Assembly (NCBI GenBank): GCA_019057795.1
Contig: JAHLWS010000004.1
Coordinates: 1-29,909, forward strand
Direction: 5' to 3'
DNA: 29,909 nucleotides
Source: Promethearchaeota archaeon
Lineage (GTDB): Archaea > Asgardarchaeota > Lokiarchaeia > Sigyniarchaeales > SOKP01
Part shown: positions 18,581 to 27,650 of the stretch, piece after piece
Layout: each line of letters begins with the position of its first letter
Position numbering within the stretch: position 1 is the first letter of the stretch
Made by a program: the position numbers and the translations under genes
Notes under the pieces: generated by a model
Seen by the model: the letters and a program-made list of their open reading frames with translations, nothing else
Told to the model about the DNA's origin: nothing
The model's database searches: none

Positions 18581-19615
18581 ATGAGCAAAACCGTTATAAA
18601 ATTAGAAAATTTAAGCAAGAAGTATGGTAATTTTATAGCCCTGGATACTGTAAGCTTTTCAGTTCGAAAAGGCGAAATTATCGGATTAGTGGGGCCAAAT
18701 GGTGCAGGAAAGACTACTTTGCTTAAACTAATAGCTCGCTTGATTAGACCAAATTCCGGAAGCGTTTTTATTAAAAATAATGATTGTAAATTACAGAACA
18801 TTCAAAAAAATTCAAAAAATTTAATCGAAATGGGCTTTTTAATCGATATTCCTCACTTTTATAACACAACCCCATATTGTTTATTAAGACATATTGCGAA
18901 CATTAGGAATTATCCAAGGAACAAAATAAAACTTAGAATTGATCATCTTTTAAAAACCTTCGATTTATATGAGTGGAAATATAAGATGTTAAAAACCTTT
19001 TCAAAAGGAATGATACAGAAATTGGGTTTTATGGTTGCGATAATTCACGACCCAGAACTTTTTATTCTTGATGAGCCTCAAACGGGCTTAGATACAAATG
19101 CTCGTATAAAAATACGAGAATATCTTAAATCGCTTCAAAATGAGGGGAAAACCATTCTTTTATCGTCTCATTTATTAACTGAGCTAAGAGAAGTATGTGA
19201 TAAGATTGCCTTAATAAATCAAGGTGTCTTGATTGGATTTGATACAATTGATAATTTGGAGCGCAAGTTCAAAACTAAAGTTATTTTTTGCGAGATTCTT
19301 AAACCACTTCCCCAAAAAAAAGCAGAAAAATTGATTGAAAAATTGTTACGAAATTTAGAATCATATTTAGAAAAGGATATGGTTAATGATAATAATAGAG
19401 AGGTAATTACTTATAATAACAAATCCAAAACTTTTAAAATTCGTTATAATGGTTTGGAAGCTTCCAGAAGCGAAATTTTAACCATATTAACGTCTAGATT
19501 TAAATCAGATTTTACAATAAGTTCCTTTTCCGAACCAAAGAGTTCTCAATTCGAGAGCCTATATTCTCAATTATTAGACCAGGATCATAATGAAAAATTA
19601 AAAGGAGTTGAATAA
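18581..19615 (+). CDS. ABC transporter ATP-binding protein (paralogue of 4747..5790)
   Basis: [26 protein letters not shown]; shared GFxIDIPxFY and FKSDFTIxSFS. Confidence 0.95.
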   Translation: MSKTVIKLENLSKKYGNFIALDTVSFSVRKGEIIGLVGPNGAGKTTLLKLIARLIRPNSGSVFIKNNDCKLQNIQKNSKNLIEMGFLIDIPHFYNTTPYCLLRHIANIRNYPRNKIKLRIDHLLKTFDLYEWKYKMLKTFSKGMIQKLGFMVAIIHDPELFILDEPQTGLDTNARIKIREYLKSLQNEGKTILLSSHLLTELREVCDKIALINQGVLIGFDTIDNLERKFKTKVIFCEILKPLPQKKAEKLIEKLLRNLESYLEKDMVNDNNREVITYNNKSKTFKIRYNGLEASRSEILTILTSRFKSDFTISSFSEPKSSQFESLYSQLLDQDHNEKLKGVE

Positions 19616-19618
19616 TTA

Positions 19619-20419
19619 TTGGAAGGACTAAGTAAATTTAAAAATACCGTTAGACCTATCCTGTCAACGATTTATCTTGAGTTAAAACTCCAAAAATTAA
19701 AGTTTATAATATTTTCATTTATTTCAATTGTTCTATTTATATTAACGGGCGTGATCCCTTATCTTTCACATATTTCTTCGAACCAGGCAACATATTTGCA
19801 AAATGCTTCCAGTTTTTATATTTTTATGGTTATTTTATCAATAGGAATCTTTTTTTCAAGTATAATTTGCTCCGAATACCAGAGAAAAACAGGATTAACC
19901 ATATTTCCGTTAATTAATAAATCGCAACTAATTATAGGAAAGTATATAGCCAATTATATTTTGGTGATTGGAATCGGAGCTATTTACTTTTCATTCATGG
20001 GTATTTTTAACTATTATTTTTACGGTGGACCAATTCTCTATACTATCTTTATTAGCTTCAGCTTTCTTGCCTTATATCTCCTAGCATTAGCTAGCTTTAC
20101 CACCTTTCTTAGCTCTTTTATGCCCTCTAATCTTCCTGTATTTGCCATTATTACCGGATTTTTATTATTGGGAAGTCTTGTAATAGATCCAGTTCTAAGG
20201 TCCCTAGGTGCTAACCTCGAACCATTTTACTCTATATCATATCTTTATAATATCGTGTCATACATGCTTTATCCCAATTTCTCGTCAATTGAGAGATATT
20301 ATGAACGTGGTAATATTTGGATGTTTCCCTCTGCGGAAGGAGCCATAATAATGTTAACAATATATGCAATTGTATTTTTTCTATTGGCATATTTAATATT
20401 TAGAAGGAGACAACTATGA
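19619..20419 (+). CDS. ABC-2 type permease (paralogue of 3913..4743)
   Basis: IICSEYQRKTG..LIIGKY; ends FRRRQL; TTG start after GGAG. Confidence 0.9.
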   Translation: MEGLSKFKNTVRPILSTIYLELKLQKLKFIIFSFISIVLFILTGVIPYLSHISSNQATYLQNASSFYIFMVILSIGIFFSSIICSEYQRKTGLTIFPLINKSQLIIGKYIANYILVIGIGAIYFSFMGIFNYYFYGGPILYTIFISFSFLALYLLALASFTTFLSSFMPSNLPVFAIITGFLLLGSLVIDPVLRSLGANLEPFYSISYLYNIVSYMLYPNFSSIERYYERGNIWMFPSAEGAIIMLTIYAIVFFLLAYLIFRRRQL

Positions 20420-20471
20420 GAGATATATCAACTAAAGAAAATAAAAATAAATTAAAACAATATGATCAAAA

Positions 20472-21470
20472 ATGAGAATAAATGTAAAAAACAAATCAAA
20501 AATTATAATTTCGTCGCTATTTATTCTGTTAATGATCAGTCTATCAACAATATCCTCAGCTCTACCCGATTTTACTTACTCTTTGTCTTTGCGAAGCGGA
20601 GTTCAGGTTTATGAGGTGAAAAAATATGATGAAGCTCTATGGAAATCTACGGTCAATCCTATGACAAATCCATCTAACTTGTTCGGTGGTGAAGCAAATA
20701 TTTCTGGGGCAAAAAGTAAATTAGTTTGTCAAGATACGGGAGGGAATGATGTAAATACATTCTCAATTTTTACTCAGTTTTTCTTTCGGTGGTTTAACGT
20801 GTCTTATGAATCACTGCTCAAACCTAACGGATATGATATTGAATATATCGACGGAAGATATCCCTACGATACTTTAATATGGGATTGCAACTTTGGGCAT
20901 TGGGAATTTACAACAAATTCATTTAATAATTATGCAAATTACACTAATATGAACCCAGGTCCCCCGCGTAAGCATATTATTAATCTCCAGCAACCCTCAG
21001 AATTTTCAAGAATTTTACTCGATTACAACGATTTTGCAACCGTTGTAAACAATGATACAATGATCCAAGCTGCAAATTATTCCTTACCTCTTCTTAATGG
21101 AGAGGAATTCTTATGGCAATTGATTATATATGGATTAATAATAGCAGACCCATTTAGTAGCTATCTAAATCAAATTATAAATGCATTGGATTGTAGTAAT
21201 GCTAGTGTTCAAGGTAATTCATTGATCTTTCGAAGAAGTGGAGAAAAAATCTTTATTGTTGAAATTACTTTTAATAATTTAGGAATAATGGATACAATCA
21301 TAATGAAGAATACTCAAAATGAGGTATTTTATCATATCACCAGCTCATATCCTCAAAATGTCGTGCATATCGTTCTTGGAATGATCTGTGGTGCAACTTT
21401 AGGATTAGTGGGAATTAATGTCTACTTGAAAAGGCGTCAAAAAAAAGAAATCGCCAGAAATATAAAATAA
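20472..21470 (+). CDS. Exported protein with signal peptide and C-terminal TM anchor
   Basis: N-terminal signal, many NxS/T sequons, C-terminal TM plus KRRQKK. Confidence 0.85.
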   Translation: MRINVKNKSKIIISSLFILLMISLSTISSALPDFTYSLSLRSGVQVYEVKKYDEALWKSTVNPMTNPSNLFGGEANISGAKSKLVCQDTGGNDVNTFSIFTQFFFRWFNVSYESLLKPNGYDIEYIDGRYPYDTLIWDCNFGHWEFTTNSFNNYANYTNMNPGPPRKHIINLQQPSEFSRILLDYNDFATVVNNDTMIQAANYSLPLLNGEEFLWQLIIYGLIIADPFSSYLNQIINALDCSNASVQGNSLIFRRSGEKIFIVEITFNNLGIMDTIIMKNTQNEVFYHITSSYPQNVVHIVLGMICGATLGLVGINVYLKRRQKKEIARNIK

Positions 21471-21602
21471 GGACAAGTTTTTTTATTTCCTAATTATGAA
21501 AAGGCGATTATTGCAAAAATATTTTGAATTAGAAATTTTATTTTAAGAAATTTGAAACACACCATATTTTTATTAATCAGTTAATTCTATTAAAATGAAG
21601 AT

Positions 21603-22193
21603 ATGACTAAAAATATTGATTTGCATACCCAACTTGTATTGAAGATATTAAATGGGTTAAATTCTAAACCGATAGATGGAAAAATAAAATTCCAAAAGAT
21701 AGCTTTCTTGGTTTTAAGGAATTTTGAAGAGATATTTGAGTTTTTTGATTTCAAACCTCATAAATTTGGTCCATATAGTGAATCTTTGGATTATGCTTTA
21801 GAAGAAATTAAAAACAAGGAAGAAGCAGGAATTGAGAAAGATACCATAAAAATTACTGAAAATGGGAAAAAAAAATTAAATGAATTAGAATCCATTACAG
21901 AATTAAGCGAGAAAGAGAAGAAAAATAAGGAATTAATTGAAAAAGCAATTGAAAATATAAAGGAAGACTTTATTAATTTCACCAGCAATGAGATGTTAGC
22001 TTTTATTTATAAGAGTGAACCTGACTACATAGGTGATTCTATTGTTGCCGATAAAATGGATTATGAGAAAATATTTCTTGAGTTATACGATAAAGGCGAG
22101 TTAGGAATTTCAAAAATCGCTGAATTAATGGGTTGGGAGTTTCAAGAAGCATACGATTTTATAAGAAAGAATACTAAGTTGCAAATCTTATGA
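21603..22193 (+). CDS. YwgA/SocA(Panacea, DUF4065)-like protein with C-terminal UPF0175-like HTH; putative antitoxin
   Basis: IDGKIKFQKIAFL..FDFKPHKFGPYSESL..ITENGKK, followed by LELYDKGELGISKIAELMG. Confidence 0.7.
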   Translation: MTKNIDLHTQLVLKILNGLNSKPIDGKIKFQKIAFLVLRNFEEIFEFFDFKPHKFGPYSESLDYALEEIKNKEEAGIEKDTIKITENGKKKLNELESITELSEKEKKNKELIEKAIENIKEDFINFTSNEMLAFIYKSEPDYIGDSIVADKMDYEKIFLELYDKGELGISKIAELMGWEFQEAYDFIRKNTKLQIL

Positions 22194-22291
22194 CCGTAAT
22201 AAAACTCTTTGATACAGTCGTTTTAATAAATATTCTCCAAGATATAAGTAGAACTATATTATTTAGAAGGAACAAAGCACAAACTCTTTAA
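22190..22291 (+). pseudogene. 5' stub of a PIN-domain toxin
   Basis: ATGA overlap with the upstream gene; MTVIKLFDTVVLINIL matches the PIN first strand, Asp and helix. Confidence 0.65.
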
Positions 22292-22484
22292 ATTGTTAAG
22301 GAGGTCAATTTGTAGGTGCCCTCTTTGCACAAATGATGATAGGGATATGGTATATATCGATCTTCACGATGAATGGTATTGTGTTGAATGTCAAGATAAC
22401 GATCGCATCTGGTACCCCGCACATGGTAGTGAGGAAGATAGATTTTTTCTTTATTTTTCAGTATTAAAGGAAGTAGATCTCTAA
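22258..22484 (+). pseudogene. 3' portion of a CxxC...CxxC zinc-binding protein
   Basis: CPLC...WYCVEC. The frame is open upstream of the called TTG (YLEGTKHKLFKLLRRS) without a convincing start. Confidence 0.55.
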
Positions 22485-22501
22485 ATCCCCTTTAGCTGAA
22501 T

Positions 22502-22529
22502 AATAAGAGAACTCATATGTTCTCTTATT
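22502..22529. terminator. 11-bp perfect inverted repeat (hairpin or operator)
   Basis: AATAAGAGAAC-TCATAT-GTTCTCTTATT, 17 nt after a stop codon. Confidence 0.55.
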
Positions 22530-22593
22530 TCTAAACATTAAATTCCATTCCATAATCATTACTATTCGTTCTTTAATCTTATTTTTCTTTATC

Positions 22594-23049
22594 ATGAAGA
22601 GAGGACTTATTAACCAAAAATTAAGCACCATTAAAAGTTCCCGTTTTGTTTATTGTCATAATATGGGTAAAAAAATCATTGAAGTAGGAATTTATGACTG
22701 GATTTATGGGAGATTAGAATGCATAGAAAAAGTTATTGGTATTCCAATGGAAATTATTATTAATAATTGGTTAATGAAAGGGGGTCATAAGGATTGGCGA
22801 GTTTTCACAGGCTACATCGAGGAATTAGACGAAGAGAAAGTGCAAGGAGAAGCTTTACAATCACGGTTAAATGATTTTTTCGATGAGTTAGCAGATCACT
22901 ACTATGAAGAAGATGAAACTTCAAAGGAATTTGGTTTCCAGGAAAAATTTATCGAGGAACATTTTGATTTTTCATCGTTTAAAGAGGAGGATAATTTCCG
23001 CAAACAATACTTCTCGAAACTCACGGAAAGACAAAAAAATGACACTTAA
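22594..23049 (+). CDS. Acidic hypothetical protein, possible N-terminal RHH; real start may be the internal MGKKIIEV
   Basis: IIEVGIYDWIYGRLECIEKVIGIPMEIIINNWL has a strand-helix-helix pattern. Confidence 0.65.
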   Translation: MKRGLINQKLSTIKSSRFVYCHNMGKKIIEVGIYDWIYGRLECIEKVIGIPMEIIINNWLMKGGHKDWRVFTGYIEELDEEKVQGEALQSRLNDFFDELADHYYEEDETSKEFGFQEKFIEEHFDFSSFKEEDNFRKQYFSKLTERQKNDT

Positions 23050-23090
23050 AGGTTCGCTATTGATAAAGAAGTAGGGGATGATGATTAATT

Positions 23091-24391
23091 ATGGATGTAC
23101 ATTATTACAATAACGATTTTAAAGAGGATAAACACCTCCAAACCGAATTAAGGAAATTGGGCAAGGAATATAAAGTTTATCTGGAGAAAAAAGGGCATAA
23201 AGTAGGATATATTAAAAAACAATTAGATTTAATATATTTCTTCGGCAACCATTATCTTATTGGTAATACGGGTCAGAGTATTTTGGAGGTCGATGATTAT
23301 GATATTTATGAGTTTTTAGGTAGCTGGTGTATTCGTAAAGTAATGTATCATAATAAGGCATCAATATTACACTATCTAAGAGCTTTTAAGAAATTTTTTA
23401 ATTTTCTACTCCACTTAAAGAAAATATCTAAAGACCAATATGATGATCTAATAAAGGAATGTAATAGTCCTAGAAAGTATGTTGAGAAATATGAGCGTTT
23501 TGAAAATCTAGATCGTGATTCAGATAATTGGGTTGATAATTTTGAGGAGTGGTTATTTGATTATAATCAAGAATCAAAAAAAGACTTATATAAAGATTTG
23601 ACACATTTCACGGATTTAGAAATTGAGTTCTTACGAAGCTTGCCTGAATGTGCTCTTAATGAAATTTCAATTGTTGAAGATTTTATACAGTTTGGAAATT
23701 ACATTTCTGGGCAAGAAAGAGGAATTGTCCTAACCCTTAATTTGTTTTGCCTAAAGAAAAAAGATATAATAAAGCTTAATTCATTGATGAGGGTGCCTGA
23801 AACTTTGAGTAAGAATACGTTACAAAAAGATACTATTTTATCCATTTCTTCTTTTTGGTAGGAAAGAGATTAGGGCTATTTAAATATACGAAAAAAATGA
23901 GTTTAAGTGCTACACCCTTATTTACAAAATATTTAGAGTTATCACTTAAAGAGCAATATTATGTATTATTTAGAGGGTTATGGAATAAAATTAGCTGGTT
24001 TCGGTTAAATTCTTACAGTGATGCTGGACGACCAGAATGGACCTATCGCGACAGAAATCTCTATCCTCCCTTTATTTCCAGTTTAAATGTTGATGAATAT
24101 ATACCCTATAAGGAATTTAAAATTTTATTTGGTGAGTTCTATAGTATTGATAATTTCAATCCATTTGCGGGTAGTTGGAAATTTTTAATAGGTATATTTC
24201 TTGAGAAAATATTACCGCTATTTGACTATTTTGGTTTAATCAAGCTTAACTTTAAAAATATAAAAGAAATTTATAATACAAAGGAGTTAAAGATTAAAAT
24301 TACTTTATTGGGGCACTTCTTTTTTTCAGGTATAACTAAATTTAGTCATCTTGAGGAGGAGGATAATAATGGAAAAATTTTCAGAGATTAA
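23091..24391 (+). pseudogene. Single frameshifted gene: integrase core-binding (SAM-like) domain fused to an uncharacterised helical domain
   Basis: FLGSWCIRKVM..SILHYLRAFKKFFNFL. Adding one base near 23840 joins 23091..23861 and 23855..24391 via DTILIHFFFLVGKRLGL (about 433 aa). Confidence 0.65.
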
Positions 24392-24529
24392 AATAATTTT
24401 AGACAAATACTATTTAAAATTGATGATCGTACAATGGAATAGCAAATGAAAAATTAAAGTTACAAAAACCAACTCTTATTAATTTAATTCATTATGTATA
24501 AATAGATTATTAAAATTTGATTGATTATA

Positions 24530-24973
24530 ATGAGAATTTATCTTGATGTTTGTTGTTTGAATCGTCCATTTGATGATCAAACACAAGAAAAAATTCATCT
24601 TGAAGCTGAAGCTGTATTAATAATTCTTTCCAATATTTCATCGGATCGATGGGAATTAGTCGGAAGCGATGTAATTGATTTTGAAATATCCAAAATTCCT
24701 GATAAGGAAAGGAAAAAGAAAGTGGAATTACTCACCCAAAAAATATCAAAAAAGCAACAAATCACCACTGAACTAATTCGAAGAGCAAAAATCATTGAGC
24801 AAAAAGGCATAAAACCATTAGATGCTCTTCATATTGCTTCAGCTGAGTTATTACAATCAGATTATATGATTACGACAGATAATGAGATTGTTAAGAACTA
24901 TCAAAAATATATAGAATTTTTTGAAAAAATTAAAATATATAATCCAATATTATTTCTTACAGAGGTATTGTAG
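24530..24973 (+). CDS. PIN-domain (VapC-like) toxin
   Basis: MRIYLDVCCLNRPFDDQ..LEAEA..DALHIASA..ITTD: full acidic PIN residue set. Confidence 0.9.
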   Translation: MRIYLDVCCLNRPFDDQTQEKIHLEAEAVLIILSNISSDRWELVGSDVIDFEISKIPDKERKKKVELLTQKISKKQQITTELIRRAKIIEQKGIKPLDALHIASAELLQSDYMITTDNEIVKNYQKYIEFFEKIKIYNPILFLTEVL

Positions 24974-24975
24974 TT

Positions 24976-25167
24976 ATGGAAATGAATCTTGTTGAAATAA
25001 GAAAAAAAGGAATTGAAGCTTTAAATAATGCATTAGGTCCAGTAGGAATGGTTCGCTTTCTACATCAATTTGAATCGGGTGCTGGTGATTACACTAAAGA
25101 GCGGAATCTTTGGTTGAAAGATTATGATATTGATTCAATTGCAGAAGAATTAAAAAAAAAGGAATAA
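24976..25167 (+). CDS. Small PIN partner, putative antitoxin (toxin-first order)
   Basis: GIEALNNALGPVGMVRFLHQF..GDYTKER, a family I recognise as a neighbour of this PIN subtype; starts 2 nt after the PIN stop. Confidence 0.8.
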   Translation: MEMNLVEIRKKGIEALNNALGPVGMVRFLHQFESGAGDYTKERNLWLKDYDIDSIAEELKKKE

Positions 25168-25382
25168 ATATTGCTTTAAAATTCTCAAAAGAAATTGGAT
25201 GTAGATGTGTATTTGTTGATTCATTGATTAAATCAGAAACGATAAACCTTTATTTAAATATGGGCTTCAAATTCGTTGATATACCTCTTGGGAAAGTGAT
25301 CATTAAAAAACTAGCAAATAACGAGAAGATAGAAAGAAAAACTATTAAAATGTATTTTGACCTTTATAAGTTACAAAAATGA
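25168..25382 (+). pseudogene. C-terminal half of a GNAT acetyltransferase (AtaT/TacT-like toxin type)
   Basis: IALKFSKEIGCRCVFVDSLIKSETINLYLNMGFKFV...TIKMYFDL*; lacks a start and the N-terminal half. Confidence 0.75.
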
Positions 25383-25676
25383 ACTATTTTTTAATATTGC
25401 AAAAATCGTAGTTCGAAAATATAATTATACAATCCTATGTTTTTTTATAACAAGAATATTATCGGGTTGTTCAAATTAATCTAAAAAAGATTGGCAAATT
25501 TCTTTTAAATATCAGATCGACAAAATAAGCGCACTCCTTTATGTTTAATTATTGGTAAAACGAATATTACATTTAGAATTGAAGCCGTAGGTAGCGATGA
25601 AAAAACCATTGAAGTGAATTATTTCTAATAAGATTAATAATCTACTTTTCTAATTATATGATTTTTATTTAATTAT

Positions 25677-25952
25677 TTACTCTTTAATTTTAAAGGATAT
25701 TAAGTAAAATAATAAAATTAAACCCCCTATTGTAAACATGGCCCCTAAAACAATTAATTCATAAATCCAATTAAGTATAGAAGGTTCGGCAGATACCAAA
25801 TAAGGTAGATATTCTGCGGGGGTTGAATTTAATTTGATAATCAGAAATATTGAGAACGATACTATTAAAATTGTTCCTAATAGGATTATTACTAAAGCAA
25901 AATAGATTTGCTTTAAACTGTTTAATTTGAAATGTATCTTTAATGAGTTCAT
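25677..25952 (-). CDS. 2-TM membrane protein
   Basis: Two hydrophobic segments. Confidence 0.7.
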   Translation of the reverse strand: MNSLKIHFKLNSLKQIYFALVIILLGTILIVSFSIFLIIKLNSTPAEYLPYLVSAEPSILNWIYELIVLGAMFTIGGLILLFYLISFKIKE

Positions 25953-26180
25953 TATCTTCTTAGATTTAACTAAAATTTATATTTTTTTTTTTTATATATA
26001 TTGAATAGTATGAAGTTATATAGCCCTTGCCTTACCATAATTTATGCCTAATCAGAGCGTATTGAAAAATAAAATTTATAAATTTTAATTAGATCTCGAC
26101 ATCGAGAGCCGATCATCTAATTTTAAAAATAAACCAGTATTTTCAGAAACAGAATGAAGAGAAAGTAAAACAATCATAAT

Positions 26181-26954
26181 ATGGAGTATGTAGAATATAA
26201 AGGAAAACGATATAATATAATAGATAGGAGGTTGAATCTAAGTAATTTGGGCATTCGCAAAATTACTAATATTTTAGGATTAGAAAATTTGACCAATGTA
26301 AAGGAACTGGATCTTTCAAATAATACTATTACTGAGATTGAAGGGCTTGAAACCTTAACTCATCTAGAGTTGCTAAATCTAAGAGTAAACCAAATTAAAG
26401 AAATAAAGGGTCTTGAAGCGTTGATTAATTTAAAATATTTATACCTCTATAATAATCGAATATCTGAGACTAGAGGAATTGAGTCGCTTATTAATTTGGT
26501 TGAATTGAATCTTTTTGATAATCAAATTCAAAAGATTAGAGGCTTAGAAAACTTGATTAATTTAAAGAAATTATATTTTGGTAGTAATCGTATAACGGAG
26601 ATCAGAGGGCTTGAAAATTTGAGCTATTTAAAATTCTTAAATATTGAAAAAAACTTTATTACAGAACTTAAAGGTCTTAATACACTTGAAAGTCTGATCC
26701 TTTTGGCAATTAAGAGAAATTCAATTAGAGAAATTAAGAACCTCGAGCATTTAAAGCAATTGATGAGGTTAGAATTAGCATTTAACGAGATCACCGAGAT
26801 CAAGGGGCTTGACGAGCTTGAGAATCTGGAGTTCCTTGATCTTCGGGGGAATCCAGTATATGATAAGGAACTTCAGTTTGCGACGAAAAAAATAAAAGTA
26901 AAATTATTAGATGCTAAAGAGTTAGTTCTCTATTGTCAAAGAAATAAGAGTTAG
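26181..26954 (+). CDS. Leucine-rich repeat protein (SDS22-like 22-aa repeats)
   Basis: About 9 repeats LxLxxNxIxEIxGLExLxxL, capped by LDLRGNPV. Confidence 0.95.
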   Translation: MEYVEYKGKRYNIIDRRLNLSNLGIRKITNILGLENLTNVKELDLSNNTITEIEGLETLTHLELLNLRVNQIKEIKGLEALINLKYLYLYNNRISETRGIESLINLVELNLFDNQIQKIRGLENLINLKKLYFGSNRITEIRGLENLSYLKFLNIEKNFITELKGLNTLESLILLAIKRNSIREIKNLEHLKQLMRLELAFNEITEIKGLDELENLEFLDLRGNPVYDKELQFATKKIKVKLLDAKELVLYCQRNKS

Positions 26955-27046
26955 TAATTAATTTTTTTTTCCATACCTTTACCATACTAATGAAAAACGA
27001 AGGAAGAATCGTTATTATTAATGAACGGCTTAAGAAAGTAATCCCT

Positions 27047-27058
27047 AAGGTTTAAATA
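27047..27058 (+). promoter_or_regulatory. TATA box of the MBL hydrolase gene (probably leaderless)
   Basis: AAGG-TTTAAATA ending 22 nt before ATG 27081. Confidence 0.55.
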
Positions 27059-27080
27059 TTCTAAAAACACCTATAACACT

Positions 27081-27650
27081 ATGAGTCATAACAACCAGCA
27101 TTTTAAAATAGTTAAACATAAAGATTATTTATACGTAATACAAGAGGACATCTCTATAGTTCACTCTGTTTACACAAATGATCCTCTAAATATGTACCTA
27201 ATTTTAGGAAATCATTCTGCTTTATTAATTGACACAGGATGCGGGATATCTCCTTTAAAACCAATAGTAGATAAACTAATTGGTTCAAGAAAACTATTAG
27301 TTTTTAATTCCCACGCCCATTGGGATCACATTTTAGGTAATGAAGAATTTGGCGAAGTATATATTCATGAAAATGAAGAAAAAATCGTCTCTGAACCTTA
27401 CGATCTTTCGTATGCTAAGGAATTATTTGCCAAATATTATGCCAATAGAAATTTTTCTATCCCTCCAGCGAAAATTATTAAAAAATTAAGAAATGGAGAT
27501 GTTTTTGACTTAGGAAATATCACTATTAAAGTGATTCACGCACCAGGCCATTCTTCAGGCTCAATATGTCTACTTACTAATAAGAACGAACTTTTTACTG
27601 GAGATGTTGCATATTACGGAGAGCATTTTTTAAAATACGTCAAAAATTAA
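27081..27650 (+). CDS. MBL-fold metallo-hydrolase, probably C-terminally truncated
   Basis: LIDTG, SHAHWDH, APGHS, LFTGD; ends 14 aa later without the final His motif. Confidence 0.85.
   Translation: MSHNNQHFKIVKHKDYLYVIQEDISIVHSVYTNDPLNMYLILGNHSALLIDTGCGISPLKPIVDKLIGSRKLLVFNSHAHWDHILGNEEFGEVYIHENEEKIVSEPYDLSYAKELFAKYYANRNFSIPPAKIIKKLRNGDVFDLGNITIKVIHAPGHSSGSICLLTNKNELFTGDVAYYGEHFLKYVKN

Noticed and set aside
23091-23861. Active integrase defining a provirus or integrated element
   Set aside because: No catalytic tyrosine-recombinase motifs, att repeats or tRNA target were seen.
23835-23861. Programmed -1 ribosomal frameshift
   Set aside because: No canonical X XXY YYZ slippery heptamer in frame and no obvious downstream structure; a missing base is the simpler explanation.
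2469-24810. ORFs 2469..2705, 9111..9311, 12379..12594, 12922..13155, 13359..13568, 15739..15945, 16090..16317, 18571..18801, 21791..21988 and 24595..24810
   Set aside because: Each overlaps a longer, motif-supported gene on the opposite strand or in another frame.
25400-25628. Coding-like fragments (YYRVVQINLKKIGKF / ISDRQNKRTPLCLIIGKTNITFRIEAVG)
   Set aside because: Probably a decayed gene, but it has no recognisable family or start.
26024-26992. Possible target-site duplication (TTACCATA core) flanking the LRR gene
   Set aside because: Only 8 bp are exact and the extension is gapped; insufficient support.
2380-27077. Shared 13-mer AAACACCTATAAC at 2380-2392 and 27065-27077
   Set aside because: Matches of this length are expected by chance in 30 kb of AT-rich DNA, and the flanks do not align.
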